64,000 nt of DNA, from assembly GCF_009834535.1 (NCBI RefSeq), contig NC_045696.1:108440001-108504000 (forward strand). The letters are read 5' to 3'. The DNA comes from Camelus ferus. Taxonomy: Eukaryota. The notes beneath the pieces are model-generated. The model saw only the letters and a list, made by a program, of their open reading frames with translations, did no database searches and was not told where the DNA came from. Position 1 is the first letter of the stretch. Each line of letters starts with the position of its first letter. Shown here one piece after another: positions 52,031 to 64,000 of this stretch. The translations under genes and the position numbers were made by a program.

Positions 52031-52230
52031 CAGTGATTCTCAAAGTGTGGTCCCTGGACTAGCAGCAATCAGCACCCCCTGAGTGCTGATTCTGAGAAGT
52101 GCAAATGCCTGTGTTCCTGTCTTGAGAGCCACTGGATGGGGAAAACCTGGAGATGGGGTCCAGTGATCTGTGTCTTATTTAACACACCCTCCAGGAGATG
52201 CTAATGTACACTCAAGGGTTAGCCCCACTG
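52031..52230. mobile_element. MER5-family hAT MITE
   Basis: cagtgattctcaaagtgtggtccctggactagcagca...tttaacacaccctccaggagatgctaatg. Confidence 0.78.
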
Positions 52231-52422
52231 CGATGGAGGGTAAGGGCACGGAGTCAGACGCCTGTCACATCCTGTCTCCACCATGGTGTGACCTAGGAAA
52301 GGTCTCTGTTTTTTAGTTTCCTCACCTGAAAATGGGGCACAATAAAGCATCTGCTAAGAGTTAATACAAGTAAAGCACTTAGAAACGTGCCTGGCACCGA
52401 GGGCCTGCCCTGGAGTGTTAGC
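52231..52422 (+). mobile_element. MIR SINE
   Basis: agtttcctcacctgaaaatgggg...gtaaagcacttagaaacgtgcctggcac. Confidence 0.7.
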
Positions 52423-53443
52423 CAGGCTTCCTCCAAGGTAGTGACCATTAGACACATCTGAGGAAACTGAGGTTGGAGAGGTTAGTGACCCACCTCCTGC
52501 TCAGAGGGAGTGCGTGGGGTCTCACTCACCAGAGACACACCGAATTTCGGGGTGTGGAGGGGTGCTGGGCATCTATAGCGAGGGGCCGAGTCCAGACTTG
52601 GTCACACCCCCTCCCTTGGGAACCACACTTTGAGATGTCCTGGCCGTGGCTCTGCTGACCTGCCTACGTTTTCCCTCCGTGTACATTGGGGTCTTTCTCT
52701 CTTTGGTGGGATCTCATGGACAAACCTAACCAAGGGGTGTGACATGACCTTGGCCTTGACCTTGCTTTGTCCACAGCCAGGAGGTAGGTTGGCATTGGTG
52801 GAGGTGCAGAGAGGATTTTGGGTTCAGGAGGCTGCCTGAGGAATTTGGTGACAAGTTAGAATTCATTCCTGTGGAAAATTGCGAGTAGATTAGCTGAATT
52901 GCTTAGGCTTGTAAGACACAGCATGGATTGACGTCTTTGGGGTAATTAGCAAATTGTGCATGGAATTGGTAAGTTCCTAGTAGAGGAAGTTTTCTCTTCT
53001 ACTTGCCACATGGCTGGAATGGGGCCTTCTGCAGCTGTGAGCCATTCTGCTGGGGCAATTCTGTCCATCTTCTCCCGCCCCCACTAAGTAAAGGGCGGGG
53101 CTTTAAGATGGGGCAACCTTGCATCAGAGCCGTACCCCAGACCTGTGAGCCTCTCTGAAGGGGCCTCAGAAGGTAAGGACCTCTCCAAGTACAAAGTTAC
53201 CTGGGAATAGGGAGAAAGGTTCATCTCACCTTCAGGATGTCGCACATCAGCTGCTTGGGAACCAGAACGTCTTTAGCTGTCTCCTCCAACTGCATGTCCA
53301 CACACACAGTCTGAAATAGTCTTTAGTGGCTTTTACAAAACTGGCCTGGATGGGAACTTCTCAAATGCAGGGTGTAAGCTGAGGTCAGGGCTAACCGTAT
53401 AATACTTATTGGTGATTGTTTGTGTTTATTTGCCAGTGACTTC

Positions 53444-53574
53444 CGTGTACTATTATTTGGGAGGGAGGTGATTAGTTTTATCTATCTGTTTATTTTTAAT
53501 GCAGGGACTGGGGATTGAACCCAGGACCTTGTGCATGCTAAGCATGTGCTCCACCACTGAGCTATACCCTCCCC
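53444..53574 (-). mobile_element. Vic-1-like tRNA-derived SINE with perfect 13-bp TSD
   Basis: Minus strand reads ggggagggtatagctcagtggtggagcacatgcttagcatgcacaaggtcctgggttcaatccccag; TSD tgccagtgacttc at 53431-53443 and 53575-53587. Confidence 0.9.
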
Positions 53575-53846
53575 TGCCAGTGACTTCTTACACTGCATAT
53601 TTGAGGCTTCAGAGCCTCCTATGCACTCAGTTCTTGTTTGGGGTCACACCAGTGAGAATGATTCTAACATACTCTGCTTCTGGCGAGTCACAGGGCCCAG
53701 GATCTGGGATGTGTTCCCTTCCTGCCCTATTAGGGGGGAGGGAGCAGTTATTAAGTCTTCTCCAATAACTTGGTGGGGGAGCCACTGGCCTCTGGAACAC
53801 ACACTCCGACACCATCCTATGTAAACCCAGACATGCTTCTGCTCAT

Positions 53847-53852
53847 TTTAAT
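53847..53852 (-). promoter_or_regulatory. EPHB1: Candidate distal polyadenylation signal (ATTAAA)
   Basis: tttaat on +; U-rich sequence upstream and GU-containing sequence downstream on the transcribed strand. Confidence 0.55.
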
Positions 53853-54256
53853 TAGACAGATAAAATTAGCAAGGAGATTATAGGTAAAAGGAGAAATTAA
53901 AAATATTTCAATGTTAGGTGGAATTTACAAAAGTGAATCGAACAATGAGGTACAGGAAGGAATGCAGAGAAACACAGACACATCTGAAACATTCCTCGGA
54001 TGCCACACAGCTGAAGCCAGTCCACAGATAAGGGAAGAAGGACTCTCCCTCAGCCACCTCCTCTTGAATTGCAGATTCCAGGGATGTGGAAGAACATTCT
54101 CCAGAAACACCTTCCTTCTCCTTCTTTTTAGATGTTACCAACAATAAGTAAGCAGTCAGTGTCATTCTAGAAGGGCCCACACTGCATCCAATTCAAACCA
54201 CTCACCTGTTTCCTGTCTGAATTTGCAAGCTCACCAGAGGTTTTTTCCCCTTTTGT

Positions 54257-54262
54257 TTTATT
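54257..54262 (-). promoter_or_regulatory. EPHB1: Candidate proximal polyadenylation signal (AATAAA)
   Basis: tttatt on +; further hexamers at 54961-54966 and 55041-55046. Confidence 0.4.
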
Positions 54263-55178
54263 TAAAAATTTTTTTCTCCCTACTTTCTCTCTCCATTGAG
54301 CCAACAGGCCCATCGAGCCAACCAGAAAACCTGACCAACAACGTGCTCCGGCCCCTTTAGCTTTTCCAGGGGCAAAGAACTCCCAGTTCTTTCTTATTTG
54401 CATCTGTTACGAACAAGCACAGTCATTTGATAACGCAGACATACATACGCGTGCTCTTGCACACGGAAACAGGTTTCTCTTTTTTTTTTTTTCCCCCAAT
54501 TTGTGGTTTCTTTTTCCTTTTTTGCAGAAAATGCAAACGAAAGAAAAACAAGGTTTTCAATTGAAGGTACATCTCTTCTTCAATATGAAGACATTAATTG
54601 AATTGGTTGGATCCCCCATGCAGTGGTCAGCAAAGTCCTTTGGCAACTGACAGAACATCTGGAGACTCAGGAGCTGGGGTTTGTTGGAAGAAACTTCCCT
54701 ACACGAGTCATGAGCAAAGGGAAATGGATGTGGGAGAGGGGAGGGGACTCTGGGGGAGGAGTACAGAAGGAGAACAGAAAAGAACGTCATTGGTGAGGAA
54801 GAAAATGGACAATTGCTTCTGTTTTTTCCCCTCTACCTCCTTCCCTTTCTTCTTGTAGATGGAGGCGTCAGCCCACCGAGGGTGGAAGCTGAGTTCACTC
54901 TTGGTCCCCTGATGCGTACTGTTTTGTCTTCACTTCTGTTGACCATCACCTTGTAGTTTTTTTATTATCTATTTGGTTTCCCATCTTAAATGTGCGTCTG
55001 TCACTGAGAAACGAAGGTTGCCTATGGGGAATAGGTCCAGTTTATTCTTCGTTGATGGGAATGCATTTCACAGCTGAGAAGCTGATCTCTCCAGAACATT
55101 CCACGGTGGTCAACCTCTGGCTTCCCCCTTGAGCCAGGTCCTTTTCCTTCCTCTCCTCCCCACAGAAAATGAGAGTTC

Positions 55179-55287
55179 TCATGCCATTGCCGTTGGTGAC
55201 TGACTCATCTGGACCCTCATAGATAGAATGCTGTTCAGAATCTTCTTCTGATGACCTGCCAAGGTGACCCCTATTCTCAGGAGGTCT
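55179..55287 (-). CDS. EPHB1: EPHB1 terminal coding exon (SAM C-terminal helix and tail): [35 protein letters not shown]
   Basis: Acceptor ttttccctcctag|A; first base completes GA|A (Glu); TGA at 55179-55181. Too short to appear in the ORF track. Confidence 0.96.
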
Positions 55288-56089
55288 CTAGGAGGGAAAA
55301 AGCCACAGAAGAAGGCATTTTAGTGCTTTGCACGGATCAAAACTCATCACAGAATGCAAGCACCTGATAGTAGTGGGGTAGGCAAATGAGTGTGTTTGAA
55401 ATCCAAAGCACCCAAGTTTACCCGAGTCTGGCAAACATCTAACGAGAGATGCTTTTACTGAATCTCGCTTTCTCCATGCAGTGGTCTCATCTCCGAGCTC
55501 CCCTCCGGCTTAGACAACCTGGAAGCATTGTGCCTTGCTCCTCCCCTGTGGGTTCTGGAGCTGCTCCTTCACTGTGTCCATGACCCTAGGTGGACCAGAA
55601 GGTTCTTCTGCTATTTTTTTTTTTAACACCACAAGCACACACTCTATGGGGCTTCAGTAATTCTGTGAGTTTTCTGCCTAAATTAGTGATCACCCACTGT
55701 GATTGAAAAGATGTGGGGCTTGCCTGGTTTTCTGATGTGTTCCCCTGAGTTCCCATTTTCTGTCTCTGTTTGAATTTTAATGTCATGAATTTTTAAGAAG
55801 GGCGATCTCAAAATAACTTTTAAATATCTGCCCAAGCAGGAATCCAAGGAATATGTTTAGGACAGGGATTTGGACTGGATTCGTCTTTGAGCTGTGATTC
55901 TTCATATGAACAAGTCCATGGCTGATACCTGACTCTGGGGAAACCCATGCATCGACCCATGCATCTTTCTTTAGTTAATAAGGTAGCAGTTACTTGAGTG
56001 GTTCCTATGTGCCACATACTAACTCCTTTAACCTACAGAAGCATTTTGTACAAATTGCCAAACCACTCAGTCAATGACGATCATTTACC

Positions 56090-56325
56090 AGCAATCATTT
56101 CTCACGTGTGTCCTGTAGGCAGACAATAGACCAAGTGTTCTGCAAGGACTACTCTATTTACCTCTCCCCACAAAACAGTGAGATGGGCACTATTATTATT
56201 TGCACATTTATAGACAAGGCGAGTATGTATGGCTCAGAGAAGTTGAGTGACATGTTCAAGATCACATAGCAGGTATATGGTGCTGGAGCTGGGATTCCAA
56301 TTCAGGACAGCCCGACTCTCAGCCA
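56090..56325 (-). mobile_element. MIR SINE (EPHB1 last intron)
   Basis: ggctcagagaagttgagtgacatgttcaagatcacatagc...ggagctgggattccaattcagg. Confidence 0.8.
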
Positions 56326-57458
56326 TTCTGCCGGGCAGCTCTGGGAAGTCTAACATTCTGACTGTACTCCCTCCAGATTCCTCTGTCCCCACACAGCCGA
56401 TCACTCTGTACACTGTGCATAAGACCCACGAGGTGGACGCTGTGCAGATCCCGATCTTCAATGCCTGGCTCTCCTCTGGACCTCCACCTTTCAGCTGGCA
56501 GTCAGGCCCCCGCGGGCTGCCGCTGGTCTAGACTGTCCAATTGCCCGTGTCTTTTCGGCAAACACTTTTGAGAAGTATGCTTGGATTTCAAATTCACAAA
56601 CTGGCCGCTATCTATTTTATTTAGTTATACGTATTTTTTCCCCCATCGTTCGTCTCTCAAGAATCAAACGAAATTGCTCCAATAGTTTGTGAAGATTTTT
56701 TTTTCACTTTGAACTAAATCCCTTCATTTTCAGTTTCACCTTCCTTTTATTCTGCCCCTTGTTCTGTTTCATGTGGCTCTTCCCGGACTGAGGGAATTAC
56801 CCAATCTGATTCCTTCAGTTCATGGGGGATCAGGTGACAACAGTCCCCACACTGAGCCATCGACAGTGGGAAAGCAGGCGTAGCCCTGCCTTCACGGGTA
56901 CCTGCTTGGTCCCTGCACCCTGGCATCTATTCTAGCTCTGCAAGATGGGGAAGCTGGTTTTCTACTGGTAAGGGCTTAGTTTTTATTTTTTGGTGCCTGA
57001 CAATAGTTCATAACAGCGAGGACAGTTTTTTAGGCATATTCAAGTCTCCCTGGAAGTGGAGGTTTCATCATTCCTAGCAGGAATAAACCCGAGAGAGGTA
57101 AAGCTGGCCTCTAGGAAGACGCACTGCAGAGCAGGAGTCTGGGACAGAAGGCCAAGAGTCAAGAAGCTGTCCCCCTCGGACTCAACCGCAGCGGGTGGAG
57201 GACCACCTGTCTCCCCTGGGTCTTAGCAACTGGCCTGCCCAGGAGCGAATCCCAGGTGTATGACCCGGAACAGGTGATCAGTCTGTCACCTGCCTGGTGG
57301 ACTGACCAATCCTCTACCGAGGGAAATGTGTGTCACGGGCCACCAACCTCAGGGCCGTCAGTGCCCGCTGCAGCCGGGCGGCTGGTGAGGTCCCCGCTGC
57401 TATGCACGTGCGTGACTATGTGTGTGTATTCAAAATTTGACTCTTGCCAGCTCTAGTC

Positions 57459-57622
57459 CAGTGGTTCCCAAACTTTACTGCACATTAGAACCACCTGGAG
57501 AGTTTTAAACATGCGATGCCCAGGTCTTACCACACGCCAAATGAATCAGAAAATCGGTGTGTGGGAATCAGGCATCAATAGTTTAAAAGACTCCCAGGTG
57601 ACTCCAGTGTGCAGCAAAGTAC
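57459..57622. mobile_element. MER5A-like hAT MITE
   Basis: cagtggttcccaaactttactgcacattagaaccacctggagag...ctcccaggtgactccagtgtgcagc. Confidence 0.8.
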
Positions 57623-57779
57623 AGGCCCCGGGTGGCCCTGGGTGGATGGGTGGGAGGATGTGGACCTGGCCACCAGGAAAGCAGGCTTCAGTCCCTGCTA
57701 TGTTGCTCCTGAGAGCTGAATCTTTAGACACTAATGTCACCTACTTTCTAAATCACTGAATGGCAGGGGGATAACTAGA

Positions 57780-58042
57780 CAGAATTCCCAAACTATGGTT
57801 CCACAAAATTCTGCTCTTCCAAAATATAGTTCCATGGTATTTAATAATTTTACAAGGCTTTCTCTATTTCAGGATTCCTCATGGCCTTTTCCATGCTAAT
57901 ATATGAGTGAATCTCCAGGAGAAAGATAAAAGGCTCAGTATTTCCCAAATTTATTTGACCATGGGACTCGTCTTCCCAAGGAGAACCTATTAACATTTCC
58001 CCAAACTGGGGCTGCTCAGAACATTTTCGGAAAATGATGTAC
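57780..58042. mobile_element. hAT-Charlie-type non-autonomous element
   Basis: cagaattcccaaacta terminus, internal cagtatttcccaaatttatttgacc, and acattttcggaaaatg end. Confidence 0.5.
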
Positions 58043-58571
58043 AACATGGATCTTTAAGACCCTTTCTGGCTCCCATCTTATCTGAATAATTTTAGTTTTT
58101 GTATTCCTCGGTGCTCCTGTGGGGGCTGCGGATTGGAAAATAATTTGTGGGGGATGGAAACGTATGCTTATTTACAAGTGCCATCTAAGTTCAGATCCCG
58201 TGCATCGGGGACTGCTGCTGACTCAGTGCAATGCCCCTTCCCGCGGTGTTGTTTAAAGTACTGGCTGGCTGTGTTCTTTCCATCTGGATGCTCTCTTTGA
58301 TGGGCTGAGTTTAAAAACTTAAACGGAGGAGAGACTCTCAGTGATTAGGCAAACGACATATGGCTGTGACTTTGAAGAATTCTCATTTGGGGCCCCGAGT
58401 GGATCTCAGCCTCCCCAGCCCACCCCTCCATCTTTCCCACCAGGCCTGGTTCGATACAGAAGTGGGGATCGAGGGATGAGGCCAGAAGGCAGGACTTGCA
58501 CATGCGTGATAGCAGGGAGGGAGCCGTGACCCCCAGCCATGGGCGGGACAGAGGCGATTCGCATCACTTAC

Positions 58572-58727
58572 TCTGATGTCATCTGGGTGACCAGCTGGAG
58601 GGAGGTGAAGCCGGCAGTGAGGAAGCTGTCCCTGTACTGGACCATTTTGATGGCACTGAGCCAGTCATCCACGGTGGTAAAGGCCGTGAAGTCTGGGATG
58701 GAGCGGTCAAGCAGGGGCTGGGAAGGC
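58572..58727 (-). CDS. EPHB1: EPHB1 penultimate exon (156 nt; linker and SAM domain): [51 protein letters not shown](E)
   Basis: Acceptor ctccgtcttgcag|G, donor GA|gtaagt; phase 2 at both ends; translation matches the EphB1 SAM domain. Confidence 0.97.
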
Positions 58728-59249
58728 CTGCAAGACGGAGGGGAGAAGGTCACCCCACTGCTGCAGGGGTGCATGGGCAGAGTCACACTCTGAGCAGACG
58801 GCAGACTTCAACGGGGTTCAGCATTCTTGGTGGGATGAGGATTAGAGGGGAAACCTGGGCTGACCCTTCCTTCTCGACAGAATCCCAAGTTGGCATGGCT
58901 TCTTAAGGCCAGGTGGCCAGTCCGCCTACCTCTGGGCTCTGTCCCATGCTGGTCAGTCCAGAAGGGCAGACTGACCCAGCGTGCAGTCTGAAGGGAGGAG
59001 AAGGACCACGACTCTGGTGTAAACTGAAATCTAAGAGCTTCATTATCTGAAGATAGAGTCCTTTAAAAATACATATAAAGTTCAATGCAACCTCCTCAGA
59101 TCTCCTGGTAACATTTTTCTTCCGGTTCCATCCTCAGCTAACTGAAAGAAGTGGGACAGAGCAGCCCCCCACTGACCTCTTCTGTACTCAAAGCAGACCC
59201 TCAGGTCCCCAGTCCAGAAATCAGGGTGCCATCCTCACAGCTCCCTCAC

Positions 59250-60035
59250 CTTCAGCACCCGCACCCAATTCTTCGCCACATCACCAAGATTTGACCTCCA
59301 AAATCTCTCAAACCCATTCACTTCTTCCCACACCATTTGCCCAGTCTGAGATGCTGTCTTCTTTACCACAGTTACTGAGATGCTCTGCCTCTGCACGCTG
59401 CCCTCAACACCAGCTCCACACTCTAGCCTGGCGCTCTTTAAAAGACACAAATGTGGTCATGTTAATAGCTCTCACTCCGACCCTGATTCATGTCAGCCCT
59501 TCCGATGGGTGATCACTGCTCTGAAAATCAAGCCCAGGAGTCCTAGCAGAGCCTAAAGGCTCTAAGCGGCTGGTCCCTGCTCAACTTGCCAGCCTCAGCC
59601 TCAGCCTCCACCCTGTCCCCTTACAAACTGCATTCCCAACACACTGGCCCTGTCCTTCCAGCCTCGGGCCTCTGCTCATGCTGTGCCCTTGGCCTGGAAC
59701 CCTGATCCTCTACCTCCATCTTCCTTTCATTTGGTTAATGCCTCCTCACCCTTCAGCTCTCAACTGAGATAACAGGCATCAGGGACACCTCTCTGACCCC
59801 AGCCTGACTGAGCTGTATGCTCTCCAAGCACCATGCTCCCCTCTGCCACGCTGGCCACTGAAGTCTCGGTTTGCATTTCTTCAGGTGACCATCTGATTAA
59901 GGTCTGCCTGCTCCTAAATGATTCTAAGCTCCACGAGGGCGTGTCTATCTTTTCCATCTGATGCGGCCAGCAAGGGCACCATGCTTAGCATCCAAGTACC
60001 CAGCAAACTTCAGTCAGAATGAGTTAATAAGTGAG
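59250..60035 (+). mobile_element. L2 3' region (intronic)
   Basis: tttgacctccaaaatctctc...cttccagcctcgggcctctgctcatgctgtgccctt...taagctccacgagggc. Confidence 0.7.
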
Positions 60036-60545
60036 TTAACATTGCACATGTAGGTGAGTGACCCACAGCTGACAGTCGATGACAGTAACTGAGAACTCTG
60101 TGCATTTGGTCATAACAAATCTAGTTGCTTTGAATTTCTCTGTCCCCCAGCAATCAGGTTGGCCAAAGTTCCGAGTCTGCTGTTCCACCTGCCTCGTGGA
60201 CTGGTGAGGTTAGCAGAAAGGGTGCCTTCTGGGAACGGGATTGCCTAGAAGTGGCCTCATACCAGTCAGATCAGAGGCGCCTGGTGCCTCGCCCATCAGA
60301 AGTCAATGGAAGGGAGAGACCCAGACAGGGATCTTATCATCTGTCTGCAGCCCATGCTGGAGGCAGGGAATATTTTAGGGAGATAGAAGAATCCTGGAAC
60401 TTCTTCCAAGAAGTGGTTAAGCTTAGCTGCCTCCCCCTTGCTCTCAGTAGACTGAAAGCTAGCAGACTGGCTGTGGGTTTTTCCCAGACTAGGAGACCCT
60501 AGGAACCCCCTCCACCTAGGAACCCTCCTGTTCCACTAGACTCAC

Positions 60546-60739
60546 ACGGCGGTGATGGTTGCCACAGTCTTGAGACTTGCCGGGTTCCGGATCATCTTGT
60601 CCAGGGTGTTGACAATCTCTGCAAAGCGGGGCCGGCTATTACGGTCCTTCTGCCAACAGTCCAGCATGAGCTGGTGTAGAGCAGCTGGGCAGTCCATGGG
60701 TGGGGGCAGCCGGTAGTCTTGCTCGATGGCATTGATGAC
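60546..60739 (-). CDS. EPHB1: EPHB1 exon (194 nt; end of tyrosine kinase domain): [64 protein letters not shown](V)
   Basis: Acceptor cactgcag|GTC, donor GT|gtgagt; Eph kinase subdomain X-XI; GT plus G of the next exon gives Val. The upstream exon lies beyond the window. Confidence 0.97.
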
Positions 60740-60869
60740 CTGCAGTGACATCCATGGGAACAGGTATGATTGGTGACGAGCCACCAGCCGGTCATTCACG
60801 AATTAGCCTCTGAGGACGGAGACTCCTTGACCGGGATGCCCTCATTCTGTTCACCAGTACCTTTCACTG

Positions 60870-61025
60870 TAACAGATTTTATGTGCACTTGGCTTTTCCC
60901 TCTAGACTGTGGGATCCCAAAAAGCAGGGCCCAGGTCTTATTGTCCCTTTGTGTCTCTGGCACCTGGCACAGGGCCTGACACACACAAGATCTCTGTAGA
61001 TGTTTACTGAAGGATGAGCCGGTGA
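60870..61025 (+). mobile_element. L2 3' end
   Basis: ctagactgtgggatccc...cacctggcacagggcctgacacacacaag...gatgtttactgaagga. Confidence 0.7.
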
Positions 61026-61549
61026 ATGGCTTGAGCTTCCTCTTTTGAGACGACATCAGGCCCAATTTTGCCTTCCTGGCAGCTGGTGGCACCAGGGAAG
61101 ATGAAACAGTGGCACATGGGAAACTTAGTGAACCCACTAATACAAAGGTCACACCTCAAAGCCCATGGCGGCCTCATCCTTTCACTGCTACAGAAAGAGA
61201 AAGGGAGGGAAGGGACCATCATTCGATAGACAACCTGCTCCATGCCTGGGACCCTCGAGATGCTTCTTAGGCATTATTTACCTTCATCTTCATGAGGCAG
61301 CAACAAGAACTGGGTGGAAGATAATTTAGTTAAACAAATTGGTTTCAGTACAATGACAATGGTCAAAATAACAAGGTGATCCAACATGAATATCCCCAAT
61401 CAGGTTTCGTTAATTTTCGCAGACTCCAGGGAATAATTCTGTAAAGATTTAAGTACTTTTTCTGTTTTTTAGATTCTTGTAAGTGGTCTTCACCCCTTAC
61501 TTCTTAATTTCCAATTCATTTAAATCAATTATGCTTGCTCTGTGCTTTT

Positions 61550-61970
61550 TGTAATAGCAAAAATAATTGTAAATGACCCAGTACTAAGCATATAAATTTA
61601 TTATGGAACACTCATAACACAATGGAAGGCCTGGAATACAACGCAGACCTTAAGATGTTGCAAAAATATACCTATTGAAATGGAAATATGCTCCCATTGT
61701 AATATTAGGCAAAAGAGCAGGCTGCATAAGTGAAAATATGGTATAATTTTGCTTTTGTAAAAGAAAAAAAAACAAAAAAAAATCAAAACAAAACAAAAAC
61801 CAAAATTACATACATACATAGAAAAGACCTTGAAAGGATATCTACCATGGAGCTAACGGTGATTGCCTCTGAGCAGGTAGAAACATGCATGCCCTTTGTG
61901 TTTTTCTTTCTGTTTGTTTGTATGTTTATTTTCTGTAATAATTAGGCATTGATTTTACATTAAACAGTGA
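61550..61970 (+). mobile_element. Decayed L1ME-like 3' end
   Basis: gtaatagcaaaa...aaattattatggaac...acggtgattgcctctgag. Confidence 0.5.
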
Positions 61971-62394
61971 AAGGGCCTTTAACAACATAGGACATAATTT
62001 GGAGTTCAGGGATTTTCAGGTGTTTTTGCCTCTACTTTTAAAAATGTCAGATTCATTTCAACTGATTATTTCTTCTTCTTTTTCATTTTCTTTTTTTTTT
62101 TTAATATACTTTGTAAATGAATCAGAAAGTGAATATTCTCAATCAGTTTATATTTTTACAAATTCTATGCATAGTATACAGGGCATGAGGTGGAGCACGA
62201 GATAATATAATAACCTGAAATCATTAGAGATAATCAAGGTATATTGTATTATTCCTTCTCTTCAGTATGCCAGAAAAACAAACAAGCATACAGACCATAC
62301 CAATATTATCACTTTACAAACAACCAGCGACTGGAAACGTTCACTTTTGAATAATATATCTCACCGCCAACAAATGTTTATCTCAGCCAGGCTG

Positions 62395-62560
62395 CTGTCA
62401 ATCAAGTTACCGGCTAACCTCATAGGAGGGTACTTTAGCCCGTTTTTCCCCTCAAGGGGATGGAGGCCCAGGCAGGGAGGTGCCCAAAGGCAGGCAGCTG
62501 GTGAGTGATAGGGCTGGGAATAAATCCGGGGACATCTGAGTGTAAGTTAGGACTACCTCG
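62395..62560 (-). mobile_element. MIR remnant
   Basis: gtgcccaaaggcaggcagctggtgagtgatagggctgggaataaatcc. Confidence 0.5.
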
Positions 62561-64000
62561 AAGCCCACTGCCCCTAGGCCTCGGTGGGGACGCTACATTG
62601 CTCGCAGCCTGGAGAACAGCCCTCGCAGCCTTGTGATGCCTTCATGGGGGGCGGAGGAATGGGCGGATGGAGCTAAGCCAAGTAATCCACGAGTAGGAGA
62701 GGCCGGGCTTGTAAACTGGCACCCCTTTTCAGCTCCTCCCAGACAGCCAGATTGAGGGACCCGGGCGCAGTCCCCTACTCACCCTGGAGACAAGTGGGAT
62801 TACCCACTGAATGGCCCCACGAATTCTTTCTGGGTGCCCTAGGGACAGGCTAGGTGGGACCAGCAGGAAGAGCTGGTGTCCCAATTCAGCTTCTCATGGG
62901 GTTAGGGGCCCCAAAGTCTGCCAATGCAGAGCAGCTCGTGTTCCCCCAAACTGCCCGCATCTCTGCTCAAATGATTTGATGGCCAGAACCCCAAATACTG
63001 ATGTTCCCCCGTGACAAGATTTCATTCCCGTCTGCTAATCAGAGGAAGGAGCACTGGAGGAAGAGCCCTGGTCGGGGGCACAGCTCCGTGGTGTCACCAG
63101 CTGACCCAAGCACTCCTGGCAGAGCATCAAGAGGCTGGGGACCCGGGCACAGGGGACTCTTCTGCCTGGGAGCCTTACACTGAACACCTAGCTGCTTTTC
63201 CTCCTCTGAATGGTCAGCAGCAACTCCTCGGACCCACCTGAGGGCCAGTGTAAACAAATGCCCCAGGGGCTGAAAGAGGCAGGGATGGGGTGGGGTGAGG
63301 GCTGCCTTTGCTATTTTGCACCCCGAGATGGCAAGAATGGGGGTTAGGTGGGGACCAGGGGCAGGTGGTCTGACCTGGGTGCCTCAGAGCTGGAGCTCCT
63401 CTGGGAAAGGAGTAGGGCCCCTCCCCTGCCCTCCTGTCCCCAGCTGGGCTCCTGGCTGTCCCCTGTCCTCCGACTTGCACTTCCTATTAGTGAGCTGGGC
63501 GGTGGGCGGGCTCACTCAACCTTGCATGCAGAGAGTGAAGTGGAGGAACTCAGAGCAGTGGAGGAACCAGGGCAGAGGGGGTTAAGTTGAGCTCTGATGT
63601 TTCAATACAACTGCAGCTCCTCTCCACAGACACTGCCACTCTCATTATCTCTGTCAATCAGATCCAAGCAGTAGAACTTCCAAGTTCTCTCTCTGGCTGA
63701 CAAACTCTCTGTACATGTTCAAAGACTTTCCTGGGCTCCGGAAGCCCAATTACCAGCACTCCGACTTGCCACTGCAATTCTCTTTCTTAAAGCCTTTCAA
63801 TTGTCATCTGTAACATCCTTTACTGCCACCACCTCAGTGGTTTCTGATGAGCCCGGCTGCAGCCTGAGCCGCTGGGAGCCCTCCTGCCTGTCTCCCAGGC
63901 CAGGTCAGAAGATGCCCTCTGAACGGGCAAAAGTCACCTTCCGCCGCCCACAGAAAGCAGGATGGTACTTGAGACAATGCTGAGGGGCTTTATTTTGGAG

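Larger units (their letters stand above)
53825..55178 (-). other. EPHB1: EPHB1 3' UTR (distal end approximate)
   Basis: Follows the stop codon, has no recognisable repeat, and resembles the human EPHB1 3' UTR as I recall it; contains candidate poly(A) signals. Confidence 0.75.

Noticed and set aside
52067..52091. Hairpin aatcagcac...gtgctgatt as a structured RNA
   Set aside because: Short, and inside a MER5 MITE where inverted symmetry is expected.
60740..60799. N-terminal extensions of ORF-track calls 60542-60799 and 58568-58786
   Set aside because: Intronic sequence upstream of clear AG acceptors; only the spliced portions match EphB1.
1..64000. CRISPR array, operon or other prokaryote-style novel system
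   Set aside because: No regularly spaced repeats or dense coding; the sequence is explained by a spliced mammalian gene end plus interspersed repeats.

Overview
Mammalian genomic DNA, most likely camelid (camel/alpaca/vicuna lineage). That call rests on two Vic-1-like tRNA-derived SINEs and five copies of one young L1 3' UTR. The only protein-coding gene I can support is the 3' end of EPHB1 on the minus strand: three terminal coding exons (60739-60546, 58727-58572, 55287-55179) with canonical splice sites and consistent phase, encoding the kinase C-lobe end, SAM domain and C-tail, followed by a 3' UTR of about 1.3 kb. The remaining ~53 kb downstream of the gene is repeat-rich intergenic DNA: L1, L2, MIR, MaLR/ERVL LTRs, two decayed ERVL internal remnants with recognisable gag/pro/pol motifs, and hAT MITEs. 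I found no convincing novel multi-gene system. The best leads are an unassigned ~870-bp LTR-like insertion nested in an old L1, two L1 5'-end-only elements, a tiny L1 with a 5' inversion, a SINE adding poly(A) signals just past EPHB1, an apparent His-to-Leu change in the EPHB1 SAM domain, and candidate enhancers. Repeat family names and ortholog comparisons come from my recall, not from a search; repeat boundaries are approximate unless a target-site duplication (TSD) is given.
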